64,000 nucleotides of DNA from Lepidodermella squamata (Eukaryota > Animalia > Gastrotricha): assembly GCA_047495785.1 (NCBI GenBank), contig JBLDXI010000048.1, positions 310,001-374,000 on the forward strand, in the 5' to 3' direction. The notes under the pieces are model-generated. The model was not told where the DNA came from. It ran no database searches and saw only the letters and a program-made list of their open reading frames with translations. Shown here piece after piece: positions 37,775 to 50,009 of the stretch (the stretch's first letter is position 1; the number at the start of each line of letters is the position of its first letter). The translations under genes were made by a program, and so were the position numbers.

Positions 37775-38364
37775 TTTAGCAGGCACAAGTCATGTTCATG
37801 GAAGTGGCGCGCGCTTTCGCCCTGCTCGTCGCTATGCGCATAGAGTACCTAAAGTTCTTTTTCATTCCTCGCCAAGCTGTTATTCATACATTGCATTATA
37901 TTGTTTTCTTGTCTCCCAACAGGTTACAAACTCTCGGATAAAGACTGTCGAGGTTCTACGAATGTACTCGGCAACATGCGCATCCATTTGCAGAACGTTT
38001 TGCACCCCGGTAAGGCCGAATGCAAAGCTTACAAATATATCTACAAAAATAATAACGATAGAGTCCGTTTTTGATGACGTCTTCTCAAAATCTGAGCGAC
38101 TTCTGCCGATGAAAATGCGCATGCGTAGATATGGGATGAGATGAGATGATGTCATGAAGTGCGCGGGCGCGAACAAGTGTAAAATAAAAAGACATCTTGC
38201 GAATTATTTATTTTAATGCTTGATTTTACGGTGAAATCTTCTGTGAAATCTTCTCGGTGAAAAAATCTGGAAGCTCTACCTTCATCTCAGACTCATACCT
38301 TCATCATGAGGTCAGGCAGACTTTTGTCAGGCACCCACTTGCTAGCCCCGCCCGTAATACAGGA

Positions 38365-38430
38365 TACAGGGTGTTCAAAAAATAATAGGTTCGAGCTAAA
38401 AGCTGGATATTATTTAACGAACACCCCGTA
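38365..38430. mobile_element. Tiny mariner-type MITE remnant
   Basis: tacagggtgttc ... gaacaccccgta inverted termini, 11/12 match, TA-flanked. Confidence 0.45.
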
Positions 38431-38523
38431 TAGCAAAAAATCCAGCCCAGTCCCAGTCCGGGCTCCGGGCGTATTGCATTATTTATTATCCAATGGCTAA
38501 AACCCATTTATTTTATTTCAGAA

Positions 38524-39267
38524 TTATCCTTTCACAGGGTTATAAAGTCGAAAAACGTCATCCAGAAGTTTCGAGTCCAATTTTCGCCCACCGATAAATT
38601 TGTTAGCAACGTTCCGTATAGACAAGAGATCGATAATTTCAGAATCAGTCATCTGGGGCTGAGATTCATCCATGTTACAGTCGTATTTCGCCACCAAAGT
38701 GTAACCAGGAGACCATAACCGCTTCGTTGATTTATACATGATGATGCCGTTTTTCAACACACGAAAATCAAAAATCGACTTATCGTTACATTGTTTCACC
38801 GCAGCGTCTAAAACGTAGTAGCGCTGCTTCAGGCCAAATAAGACATCGGGGTAGAAAATGTGAACACCGTCTTTACGACTAGGCCCACTTGTATCGATTC
38901 GGTCCTTTTCGCAAACGTAAGCATTAACCAGTTCCCTTGGAATACCAAGTTGCCGAGTCATCACAAGATTAATGTTTACTATAGCTTCGATAGCGACAGC
39001 TCTCGACCTTTTCACATGCTTGCCTTTCAATTTAATGTCCAAATCTACGATAAGAGGACCGACGTCTCGAAAATGTTCATGCATGTGGAGATTCAACGAT
39101 GGGTCAGCGGCGAGTCTTTTGTAGATCTCCATGAATTGTTCTTCATCTTTGATATGATAGTCAATATCGCTATTTGCAAGCTCGTAGTCGTTGAAAACTG
39201 ATTGTATCGAAGTATGCGTCGGACTTTCGACACAATTGTGAGGTTTCAAAAATTTCACAAGTTCCAT
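38524..39267 (-). CDS. Archaeo-eukaryotic primase (AEP) domain resembling the N-terminus of NCLDV D5/C962R-type primase-helicases; 247 aa, no helicase part
   Basis: THTS, motif I LIVDLD, motif II KDGVHIFYP, motif III IFD followed by IMYKSTK. Intronless. Start reassigned to MELVKFL, 67 nt after the upstream stop. Confidence 0.72.
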   Translation of the reverse strand: MELVKFLKPHNCVESPTHTSIQSVFNDYELANSDIDYHIKDEEQFMEIYKRLAADPSLNLHMHEHFRDVGPLIVDLDIKLKGKHVKRSRAVAIEAIVNINLVMTRQLGIPRELVNAYVCEKDRIDTSGPSRKDGVHIFYPDVLFGLKQRYYVLDAAVKQCNDKSIFDFRVLKNGIIMYKSTKRLWSPGYTLVAKYDCNMDESQPQMTDSEIIDLLSIRNVANKFIGGRKLDSKLLDDVFRLYNPVKG

Positions 39268-39334
39268 GTAAAATTCTAATTTCAAAAACAAATATTTGAA
39301 ATTCGCTGTTTTTATTAATAATTTCAAAAAAGGT

Positions 39335-41572
39335 TCAATCATGAGCGAGCTGATTGGTTTCCAAAGGACCTCGTGACCAGTGTTCGTTGCCAGCGATGAA
39401 ATCAGGCCGCACAATTTTAGCTCTCGCTCCTTTTTCTGTCCGAACGTATATGCCCTCAACCATTCCGTCGTAGAATCTCGATTCAGAGAACACGAAAGCC
39501 TTCAGTTCTTCAGCATTAAATTTCCCCCGAGCAATTAAGGGGACTTGGTTGATCGTCGTACCTTCCAGGACAGCTTCTAGTTCAGACCTGGTCGCAAATC
39601 GATTCGTATCAGCGTCGTAGAGATCGAAAGCTAGGAAGTAGTCGGGCAGCTTCGAGTAAGGAATTGAATGTCTCGCATACAACCATTCGCCGAACAGTAT
39701 CAAACCAGGCCTTAAAATCTTCCTCAACGACTCTTCATTGCGATCTCGCCATAAGTAGAGCTTCTTGAATTGGGCGTGGTAATCTGGGTCGACGAAGTGA
39801 GACCGATTTTGGAAGCCAATAACACCATTCGGGTCGACAGTGATCCCCATATTTGCACCATCGACCTTCTCCTCAACTATCACCTCTTGTCCACCTAAGA
39901 GTTTTTCAGGTCGATCAAGGATTAAATCATCTCGAGTCGCGGCGCCAAGGTTCATGAGATGCCTAGTTCTTGGAAACTTGATAATGTCAGCCCAAGGCTC
40001 TCGCCGGACACCAAGTTGTTGTAACAGAGCCGCAAAGTCTTCGTCATTCTTCACAACCTTCAAAACCTCTATTTCGTGGGGAAATTCAAGGTTTTTCATG
40101 GATTCCTCGACGATTTTCGGTCCGGTTCGGTTTTTCGAAGTCAACGTTTCGTGTTCTTCACGGTTTTCGAGTCGCTCAAGCAATTTTTCAAGGGGAAGTT
40201 GGAACAAGATGGCTTTGATCTTTTTATTCCAACTCAACCAATCAGCCCGGTCGCTGGCTTTAAGATTGCAGTTGTCGAATAAAACGTGGCCTTTCGCTTC
40301 TCGAGCTCGTTTCAACGATTCCTTCTTGCCGAATTTGTCTTGGTTCACATAAGTCACATCATCGTACTTCTTCATAATCATTTCGCATAGCGTGGATTTT
40401 CCAGAACAGGGCGGGCCGATCATCATAAGGGAAGAATTAAGGCGAGGAGCTCGGCAAAATCGATGGATTGCCTCGGTTTGTTCACTGGTGAGTCGAACTT
40501 TTGGCCTGGTTTTCTCCAGTTCGTGAATTGCGCTTTCAGCTTTGATTCCTTTTATGCGGGCTAGGTAACAAGCGAGGACGCAATTCGTCCGCCCGACCCC
40601 GGCTCGGCAGTGGACCAAAGTTGGAGCATCAGATTGCATGAGAGCAGTAACAATAGCTTCCATATCAGGCGGAGGATGGAAATCATCTGTCGGGAAGTGG
40701 TGAGTTTGAAGCGGCAGAGGCTTCTCAGTCAAATTGAAGACTCTTTTAATGCCCAAGGCAGCCAAAACCCGAGCGCTCCTCGGCTTACCACCGCCGTAAA
40801 TATTCGGGGTAACTTTCGAAAAATTTATCGGTAAATCGAGAACTGCGAAACCTTCTTCGTCGCAAATCGCCATTTTTTCTTCCAAACGAGAATTGACATG
40901 ATTGAGAACTTTTTCTAGATCATCACTTCTCCGAAGATTTTCGACAGATTTTAATTCATTGAGGCAAGTTTCGATATCGAACTCTTGACCTAAGTACTTT
41001 TGAACTGCGAATAAGATGCGATATTTCCGAACCGGGTCGCTGATCGATTCAGCCAAAGCTTGAGCTCTTGTAAATTTTCCAACATTTGCGTAAGTTTTCG
41101 CCAGGGCGTATAAAATGTCTTCGTTATCCGTAAATTTCTGCATGAAAAATTCGAGATTTGCCAAGTATTTCGTCGTATCTTTGCTAGGGTGATTGCAGAG
41201 TTTCTCAGCAGCATCATCCGCAAATTTTCGAATCGTTGTCACGTCTTTTCTTACTTCATGATTGTCGTAGCGGTTGAAGCCAATAGTTACATGGAAGTCT
41301 TTTGGCGGCAAATTCAATTTTCGGCGTAGTTCATCGCCTGCTGGGTAATGGCAAACAAGAAAGTAGCAGTCAGCGTTAATTCCCAAGCCGAGAATGTAGA
41401 AGTTTTTATCTCCTGGAAGCTCGGCTGCGACTTCGATTTCACCGGGTGCGATGATTGTTATATGATAATCTTCGCCATCTCTCGCATCACGGAATACTTT
41501 AAAGCCAAAGGGAACTTCGGCTAAATAAGGCTCGACTAGCGATTTGTCCACCAGTATAAATTGATGCTTCAT
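39335..41572 (-). CDS. Multidomain RNA end-healing/sealing enzyme: 2H phosphoesterase + PTP/DSP phosphatase + P-loop polynucleotide kinase + ATP-dependent RNA ligase
   Basis: HITI and HVTI (2H); HCRAGVGRT (CX5R); GPPCSGKST, NQD, DNCN (kinase); EEKVDG, FGEW, FLAFD, EGIYVR, AKIV (ligase motifs I, III, IIIa, IV, V). 745 aa, intronless. Confidence 0.9.
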   Translation of the reverse strand: MKHQFILVDKSLVEPYLAEVPFGFKVFRDARDGEDYHITIIAPGEIEVAAELPGDKNFYILGLGINADCYFLVCHYPAGDELRRKLNLPPKDFHVTIGFNRYDNHEVRKDVTTIRKFADDAAEKLCNHPSKDTTKYLANLEFFMQKFTDNEDILYALAKTYANVGKFTRAQALAESISDPVRKYRILFAVQKYLGQEFDIETCLNELKSVENLRRSDDLEKVLNHVNSRLEEKMAICDEEGFAVLDLPINFSKVTPNIYGGGKPRSARVLAALGIKRVFNLTEKPLPLQTHHFPTDDFHPPPDMEAIVTALMQSDAPTLVHCRAGVGRTNCVLACYLARIKGIKAESAIHELEKTRPKVRLTSEQTEAIHRFCRAPRLNSSLMMIGPPCSGKSTLCEMIMKKYDDVTYVNQDKFGKKESLKRAREAKGHVLFDNCNLKASDRADWLSWNKKIKAILFQLPLEKLLERLENREEHETLTSKNRTGPKIVEESMKNLEFPHEIEVLKVVKNDEDFAALLQQLGVRREPWADIIKFPRTRHLMNLGAATRDDLILDRPEKLLGGQEVIVEEKVDGANMGITVDPNGVIGFQNRSHFVDPDYHAQFKKLYLWRDRNEESLRKILRPGLILFGEWLYARHSIPYSKLPDYFLAFDLYDADTNRFATRSELEAVLEGTTINQVPLIARGKFNAEELKAFVFSESRFYDGMVEGIYVRTEKGARAKIVRPDFIAGNEHWSRGPLETNQLAHD

Positions 41573-42176
41573 TGTTATTGGAGATAATTAGGAAAAAAAT
41601 GAGCAAATAAATTTACTAAATTCCTAATATTAGCCGGCGGTTATATGAATAGGATTTCTATATAGGAAAGAAGTGTGTGAAAAAACTATCCAGTTTTGTG
41701 CTTTATATCGCATAGTATGAGTCATCGAAAGGCTGTAGTACTTAGATGTGTGTGAGGGGCATGAATCATCAATATTCATGCGATATGCTGCGCAGTGTGC
41801 AAATAGAACTAGCCCCATAGTGGATATAGGAAAATGCCTCATGCAATGTTGCATCAGCTTATTGCAAACATGGTGCAACCAGGGGTGAGGCTGGCCAATT
41901 TTAGATTAGATAAAGGAGTCACCATGGAATCACATGGATGTCTTTATTTTAGAAATAATTGAATTGTGAAAAAATTGTCGAAGAAAAGATAAAAAATCTG
42001 ATTACAAAATTTCATGAATTACTTACTCGAAAATAGAACTACGAATATTTCGCAACTAAGATTGGTTCCCGAATATGGATTTTGACTTCTCCGATTCAGA
42101 TTGTACGCCTGATTTATAGTTATTCACGGTGTTTGACATATAAAAAATCCTATTTTATTTATTCTTCGAACTATAA

Positions 42177-44682
42177 CTACCAAACTATGCATTTGTTAGG
42201 ACGGTTCATCGGAGACTTGCCACAACTAAAAACCCTTGCGAAGTCTTGATTGTTCGAAACAGGACCATTAACTCTGTCAATAATTAATTCTTCACCAATG
42301 ATCAAGCATAGATTAAGATGAAATCAAACCTGAACTTCATGGGTGAATGAACATCTTGCAATATTTGCTGTTTCATCGCTTCTGGGGTCGCAATGTTACA
42401 GAAAACCTGAGAATAAGCAATAAAGAAAAGTTGGTCTCCAGTTAAATCAAGCCCAGGCAATGTTTTCCTGCTATTCGGAAGGCTCTTGTAAGCCAGATAA
42501 GCCGCTCGAAGTCCGCCATTATCTCCAATATTCTCCCCTAATGTTTGCTTTCCATTCAGGAATACTCCATTATCAGAGTACGAAGAATATTGATCCACCA
42601 AGCATTGAGCCCTGTTTTGAAACTCCCGTTTAGTCTCATTCATCCACCAATTGTTCAAATTGCCGAGTTTATCGTAATTACCACCCAGGCTGTCGAAACC
42701 ATGCCCGATTTCGTGGCCTACAATGTAGCCAATCACAGCATAGTTCAAAGCTGGATGCAGTTCTTTATCTGTGTAGAAAAATGGTGGACTCAGGATTCCG
42801 GCTGGGAGTACGAATTTGTTCTTTGTGGGCTCGTAGTAAGCATCGACAGTCTGTGGATTCATTACCCATTCGTTTGGATCAGGTATCTTCCGAAGTTGCT
42901 ACAAAGCCAATAAAAGTAGTTTGCAGAAATCAGAAGACACCAATCCTTATTACCCTTAAATTCTCTTCAATTTTGAATCGTTTTGCATTGACTGAATTTT
43001 CAACATAATCTTCCGTAACTTTGAGTTTCTCGTAGTAACTATTCAAATGGGTTTCATTCCTCAACCACTGAGGATAGGCCGATTCGTAAAGGAAAGCGTC
43101 AGATTTGTCCAAAGCCAGAATTTTCGTAGTTTGGTCCATCCAGTTAGCACCAGCGATAAGCTTCCTAAACGCAACTCTCACATCTTTGATCAGATTCGTT
43201 ATCTGAAAATTCAGAAAAGCTCCACAAATTGTCCGATAAGGAGTCTCGGCATACCATGATTTTGCCTTCCTCTTGGAAGAAGTTTTCAACATACATAGCC
43301 CCCAAGCCGAATCCGACGGCTGAATCAGTTTCAGCTAAGCAAGATTTCCAAGTGGGAGTCGCTCCGGTTTTTCCGCTGAGAACAGTCTCGAATTTGCTGT
43401 ATGCCTCTCCGAACTCTCCTCCGAAATCGTTGGCATAAAACGCCAACGCTCGGAAAGTAACATAATTTTGAATTGTTCGTTTTCCCTCCGGTGTAACTTG
43501 GAATTCATCTATAAGTGTCGATAATTTCGTAAAATACTCCGTGCCGTAAATCAAAACAGGTTCCATATATTGACTGATATAAATTTCAGGCTGGTTGGCA
43601 AAAACGCTTCTCGTGAACTGAACCCAATCGAGAAACCCAAAATTAGCATTCGCCCATTGGAGACTTCGCCTATTGTACTCGACTTCGACATTGAAAATGC
43701 GACTAAGCGGCAGTTCAATGTCTGCGAGTTTTTGCTCGAATTTAACGACTTCGGACACTAGGTTTTGGTCGACATATTCTGCCCCAAGTATAAGAACGGC
43801 GTAGGTATTTAAGAGTTCAATGTAAGCTGTTAAGACAGGATCGCTCAACTCCTTGCCCACGTAGTAATCTCGTGTCCCTCGGCCTATGCCCAAGCTGTTT
43901 GGGTAAATCAAAATGATATTCGAAGACACGTTTTTGTCATCAGTCGCAACTTGGAAATCGAAAAACCCAGCGGTATTATAGCGATTTCTGGCCTCTAGTA
44001 ATCTGCCCAAACTCCAAGATGGATGAATTTCTCGACTTCGCAGTAAAAACAATCCTCCTAAATCGTCGACAAGCTGCCTTAGAAAAACCTGAGCGCTAGT
44101 TGTGTTAGATTTTGCTTGGATGCAAGACTGGTAGAACTTTTGGGCTTTCAGTCTTGCTGTTTGCTTGCTAAGCGGCTCTTGACCTTCCAATAAGCCCCGG
44201 AGATTCTTCTGAACCAGTTCCGAGGCCTCCTGTACCGTTCCATACTGATTATAGTCGTTAGGTATGCTATGTTTTTCTGTGGTGACAGAATCTCTGAAAA
44301 AAATCCGGATCCTAACTAGAAACTTACTTTCATAGCCACCGCATGCATATTGGTAGAAATCGGTGCAGGGCATGACTGTTAGGTCCATATTTGCGATGAT
44401 GGATCCAGCAACCGTGACGCAACTTCGGCTTTTGCAAATTTTGTCATCAGCTGTTTTAAGCCTTTTCTCTCGATCGAGATGAACCGCGAGAATTATGACC
44501 ACGATCGAGAGGCATGTGATCGCAGAAATTAGGCACGTGATTAGTCGGTGTGTTGAAAACCAATTCCTAATCCGTTCACATCTTTCAGAGTCTGCAGGGT
44601 TGGAATGAAATTTCGATGAATGAATTGAATCGGATTATATTTTACCCCGAATTTCGAACCAGGCATTTCGCAACTTTTCCAT
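42177..44682 (-). CDS. Neprilysin/ECE-family (M13) zinc metallopeptidase, multi-exon type II membrane protein
   Basis: N-terminal TM, PCTDFYQYACGG, VDAYY, HEIGH, GENIGD, HSP, C-terminal CIVW. Short introns explain the ORF breaks. Confidence 0.92.
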
Positions 44683-45593
44683 TGTTGGATGAAAGCTATA
44701 TACCTACTCCAAATTTTTGAATGTTTGGGATGCTCGGTGCTCGGTAGTTACTATACTGGTACTCAATGCTAAAATGTACATTGCCGGAAGTGGAGTGAAT
44801 GTCATTTTGCCGTAGAAAATGAGTGCGTTGCTTGATCAAGTTGTAGTAAACAACTTATCAATATCAATTTCAAAGTCAAAACAGTAAAAACTTGAGTTCC
44901 GGTGACTGCTCTGTGATCTCAACGTTTCTTTAACATAAACAAATACCCGCAGCCGAAATGTTTCTCTCACCGCAATTTTATTGTATAAAGTTTCTTGATT
45001 TCACCCATGGATAAGAAACATTTCTGATGGAAAAATGCGGACATTTTGCTTGTCTTTATTCTTGATTGCTTCATATTATGAAACATGAAACATTTTCACG
45101 ACCTAAAACTATAAGACTTATCTTGAAATATGAGTTAAAATATCATTAAAATCTCTGCTCTTGATCGCAAAAAGATATTTGCTATCGGAAGAAAGCGTAC
45201 ACGTGTTTCTTGTTCCAGACGGAAATCCTTTGATCAAGAGCTCAATATAACTCGCATGCAAATGTAATCGAATAAATGTCGATTTAAACGCCTTCCTTGA
45301 TGACTTGATGCCAATTTATAATGGATCTACGGGCATCGTATTATAGTTGAATTCGAGCGATCTATTCCTGTCTTCGTAGATGCGACTCCCGCTCAAAGTA
45401 CCGCGTCTAGGGTACCGTCTTATCCATGTCACGGAAAACGGAGAAAATGCAGAGATAATGGATGACCCCATTTCAAGTTTAAAACCTGCTTAAAATCGAC
45501 ATTATATTGGCTGCATTTGCTTCCGGCTTTCAACTGCCTGCCACGCTCAGTAAAGCATATGCGCTACTTCAGCGATTTCATTCGGTGTCAGCA

Positions 45594-47940
45594 ATGAAAG
45601 TTTTTCTTCTGCAGCTTATTTTACTGATTGTTCATGTTTTGCCAACTTTGGCTCTGAAAACGTACAACCTATCGCTGCTATCGCTGATTTCATTCACGGG
45701 AAATCCACCATCAACAGGGCTTGCATGTAAAATCGCCTGTGGCATTGCTATTAATACTGTTAACAATCAGTCAGACATTCTACCCGACTATCACATTGCA
45801 ATTCAATACGAAGATGAGGCCAGTGGAAATCTCGCAGCCATGGCTGCGCTTAGCTACAGCCGAAGTTACGAAAATCAGCGAAAACCTAACGCTTTACAAT
45901 CTCCTGTCATTGCCGGCCCGAATTCGTCAAATGGTTGCAAGGTGCTTGGCCCAATTTTACATGAAATCAACTCCGTAGGCCTGACAGGTCGTTGCTCGGC
46001 CTCTTTTCTAACTGATCAAAATATCTACCGGAATATGTATTCGATGCGAGCAACAGGTGGCATAATAACTTTTGCTCAAATGAGGTTCATCAAAGACGTT
46101 GGGCGTTGGCAGCGAATTGGCATTATCACAAATGTCGGAAGTGCAGCGGATTACACTTCAGCCACGATTCTACACCGCCTTGCCCACGACGAAGCCAATG
46201 TTTCTGTGCCATATTTCGACATTGTAGCTGAAATGGATGACGAGTACTTTGTGGCGATGAAGAAGAGTGACGTTAGAGTGTTTGTTGTTACTACGGCGAT
46301 CGGACGGCTAGTTTGGAGATTTTTCTGTCAAAGTCACAAATTCGGCATGACTGGGCCGAGATACGCCTTCATTCTTCTTGGGGTAGCTTTCACTGACCCC
46401 TCTATTCTTCCGGACCCTGTTGTGCCGCAATGCCGTCGAGCTGTGGTAATTGAGCAATTGAAGGTTACTTTTCTGTTTAAAAGCTTGAAAGTTAAAGTTT
46501 GTAAGATTTTCACAGCATGCCTTCTGGACAGCTCCGATTCAGTCCACGATGGAGCCGACAGCTAAAATCTCATTAGGATACAACTTGTTGGAATTTGACG
46601 CCATGTTCGATCGATATTCGAATAACACACGACCCGTCGACTACGAGCAACGAGTTTCCTGTCACGACAACATCCTTCAGGCTGCATTGACACTCCACGA
46701 GTCTGAGAAGGCTCTGAAACGGCAAAACCTTTCTCTGCGCAACATGCGAGACCAACCTGAACGCGTGATGCGAATCGTAAACAAAACAGCCATCTCAATC
46801 GATTACTTAGGGCTGAGAATGGGTAAGCTAAAGTATAACGATAGGGGAGAGATCGATGGGGACATTCTGATGGTCAGCCAGTGGACACCTTTATCAGGTT
46901 ATCAAATCTTGTACACAGTTCATCAGTATCCTAATACTTCAGCGTACTCTCTTTCGAGCTATTGGATGAAAAAATATCGCGATCCTTTATGGCAAACCCA
47001 GAATGATGAACCACCTAAAGATAGGGCTAATATGAGACAAGGAAGTCAGGAAATCCCAGAAGAGATTATCTACATCACTGGATCTATAAGCGTTATTGTT
47101 AGTCTTGCCCAGATTACGGGACTCTTCAAGATTCTTCAAAAGCCGAAGTTAGATAACGGGCCTCATAAGTTGAAGCTGATTGGATTGATGGGAGCTTTAC
47201 TTATGAATTCTGCTTCGATCATGTTCTCGCTACAAACGTCCATAGCGCCCCTAGTTCTATGGAAACTACGCCTAGTCTTATCAGTCATAAGTTTTGGTGT
47301 CTTGAATGGGATACTAAGCCTGCGACCAATCATCCTATCTTCAGCTTGTAGTCGCGAATCTGAACGAGGGATGTCACTTCGGATTATGAATCTTGAGGCT
47401 AATTTCGCTGAGAGTGGAAGATTCCGCTTAAGTACTAAGAAAAAAGACTCTATTGTTAAGACAGAGATGAAAGAAAACGATGATTTGAGCTTTGCCTGGG
47501 TGTTGATTTTCACGCTAGCAAACGCAGCTCTCGTTGGATTCTGGTTACTCGGCGATCCTTTGGTGTGTTTCAGTGCGGCAAATGATCCACAATACGTTAA
47601 TGAAGATGATTCAGTAATTGAAACTTTCTACTGGGTATGCGAATCAGGTGCAAATCATTCTAAATGGCTTGTAACGCTTCTAGGACTCAATGCTGCTATT
47701 TTATTTGTTGGATGCATCTCGACTTTGAAATTGAAATTCAATGGTAGGGTCTCTATCCCCGAGATAAAGCCTATGTCTCTTGGCCTGGCTAATTTTGCAT
47801 TGATTTTTGTTGGTTCGATTCTTGTCGCTGCTGCGGTTGATGAGATAGTTGCACAGGAGATCACTATAGCTTTTGCTCTTTTGATAATTTCGGCTACAAC
47901 CTCTGCAACTTGGCTCTACCCGCACGTGATCAAAACCTGA
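45594..47940 (+). CDS. Divergent class C (GABA-B-like) GPCR; 2 exons (45594-46463, 46516-47940)
   Basis: Signal peptide, ANF/Venus-flytrap features (VNNQSDILPDY, IAGP, WQRIGII, FGMTGPRYAFIL), PPKD linker, several TM helices with WLLGDPL...C. Confidence 0.75.
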
Positions 47941-48057
47941 CAAATGTCACAAAGCATGCTCACTGGATTGATTCAATCGCTAATGAATGATTCTTTACTA
48001 GAATAATATGAGCAAAAATAAAGTACAAATTATCATTAATTGTTTAAGTCAGTTTTT

Positions 48058-49926
48058 TCAATCGATAAGCTCATACAAGAACAGCATAGCATTTTCATCA
48101 GTCTGGAAAACAAAAGGCATCAAGTTTGGGGCTTTTATAACGAAATCAATGAAACTAACCAAATAATCCTCTGCCAAATTGACCTGATCATCGTTGAACA
48201 TCAGCCATTTGTTCATGCCTTCATTCCATGCATAGGCGTAAAAATGGCCACAAGTTACCTGGCCTCGGTGGCAAATCACTCCAATCAATCGATAGCATGG
48301 CTTCTTCTTCGGCCGATTCTCCTCAGGGCAATCCTTGTGCATGTACCTGGAAACGTCGAGTTCTGCCGGGTAGGAATAGAAGTCCCAGCCAACTTTGGAT
48401 AAAACACCCCTTACATCCCGCTTGCAACGAAGGAGGTAGAGAGTTAGGTACTTGGGCAACGACCAAATGTATTTTTGCGATGACATATAATGTCTGGTCG
48501 GATATTTTGCTCCAACACTGTTTTGGACTATATTCGACCTGCCAAAGTACTGGCCTAGCTGTTTGACAATGCTCCGACCAGAGAACGAATAGTAGCTACT
48601 GTCCACATCTAAGATGATTGTGCTGAACGGTTCGACGCTGCTTTCACTGCCACTTTCGGTAACCATGTGGCCGTAGAATAGATCGATAATCATTGATTGG
48701 TTACGTTCACCATACAACTCAGTCTGTTCTGGAACATAAAACTGCACCATGTAAAGATTTCACTTTCAGGCGAGATAATAGATATTCAAAGGAAACCCGA
48801 AAATAGCTGTGAAATCTGTGCCTGAGCTTGAAACTGAGTGCTGATATCCCCCAATTACGAGAAGCACCAACTACTTGACCTACTTAATAAATATCGTAGC
48901 TGATTAGCTCACTTGTGCACATCCGCCGAAGATCAGTTTCGTCGATAACTCGGTAAGCTTCCGCATCTCCCACATTCAATTCGGCATGAAGCTGTCGAAG
49001 TATGATCGTCATGACATCGAGCAAATCGTGATGCTCATTCGTCGAAAATCTGTTGTCGATTCGTGCCAGTTGTCGCTTCACCAGCAACGAATCAGTCGCC
49101 TTTTCATGAGACCATAGAGTCGCAATGGTCATAGCGATCGAGTTGAAAAGCGGACCACGCTTCTGAGGCCATTCTTCCAGGCAGATGCGTTTGAAACCCT
49201 CCGCGTGGCTTAGACATTGCAACAAGCTATTAAGATAGCACTGGGAGCAAAACTTCGATAATCAAGAACTAGCTGATTCTTACGTTGTTGTCAACGTTCC
49301 TAAGGCCAGTTGCACCCAGAGGAGTGACTTCTTCCGGCGGCGTCACTTCTTCAGCAGGCTGCTGAGTTTTCTTTTGGCCTCGGCGCTTTGCAACCGCCTT
49401 TGTAGCTAAAGGTGCATTCTGATTGTTGGTAAGTACTTGGCTTGATGCGGCTGGCAAACTTTTACCAGTCGGTTTGGTAGAAGGGCGCTTCACGACAACT
49501 CTGGTCTCGTATTCGTCGCAATCCATTCCAACCGGCTCAGGTCGGGAAAGAACTTGGGGCTGAGGGACTGAGACCTGCTTATTCGAGCCCTCCAGCTCAA
49601 TCATAAAAGTTTCGACTGTAACAATTGAATAGCAATTATCAATCTGCAAACGATGGAAACAACTACCTGCTTGCTTTGAATGGCTGCCAAGGATTGAACC
49701 ACATTTCTTGCAGAAGAAACTGCCAGGCAAGTACTTTTGGCAATTGCAAGTCGTACATTTACCATACAAGCCTGTTTTTTGGACAAAAAATTGATTTTCA
49801 GGATTCAATCAGTAAATCCTCACCCCCAGTATGATAGTACTTCTGGCAAAAGCAGAAAAGACACGAATCGTAATCAGAGTAAGATCCAAGCTCGAATTTG
49901 TCACATCGGCTTATGTAAACCGTCAT
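48058..49926 (-). CDS. USP-family (C19) protease A with a Cys-rich N-terminus, multi-exon
   Basis: Spliced Cys box GLRNVDNN|CYLNSLLQ, His box VICHRGQVTCGHFYAY, WLMFND. First exon 49926-49824 is MTVYISRCDKF...CLFCFCQKYYH. Splicing between 48742 and 48912 is uncertain. Confidence 0.8.
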
Positions 49927-50009
49927 TCCTATGTAAACCCTATATGAGAATTCAAAGTTTTATTCAAAAACTCGTAACATGAATGTCCTTTATTTTGAGA
50001 ATCAGGTCT

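Noticed and set aside
37139-38176. Short ORFs between the NmrA-like gene and the primase
   Set aside because: No consistent exon model or recognisable motif could be built. A small gene cannot be excluded.
39268-39459. ORF-track N-terminal extension of the primase overlapping the ligase gene
   Set aside because: It is an alternate-frame read-through of the ligase 3' end and an AT-rich spacer. Primase-like sequence starts at MELVKFL (39267).
32495-41572. Functional link between the hammerheads (which make 2',3'-cyclic phosphate and 5'-OH ends) and the RNA-repair ligase
   Set aside because: Chemically compatible, but the elements are independent insertions and only proximity connects them.
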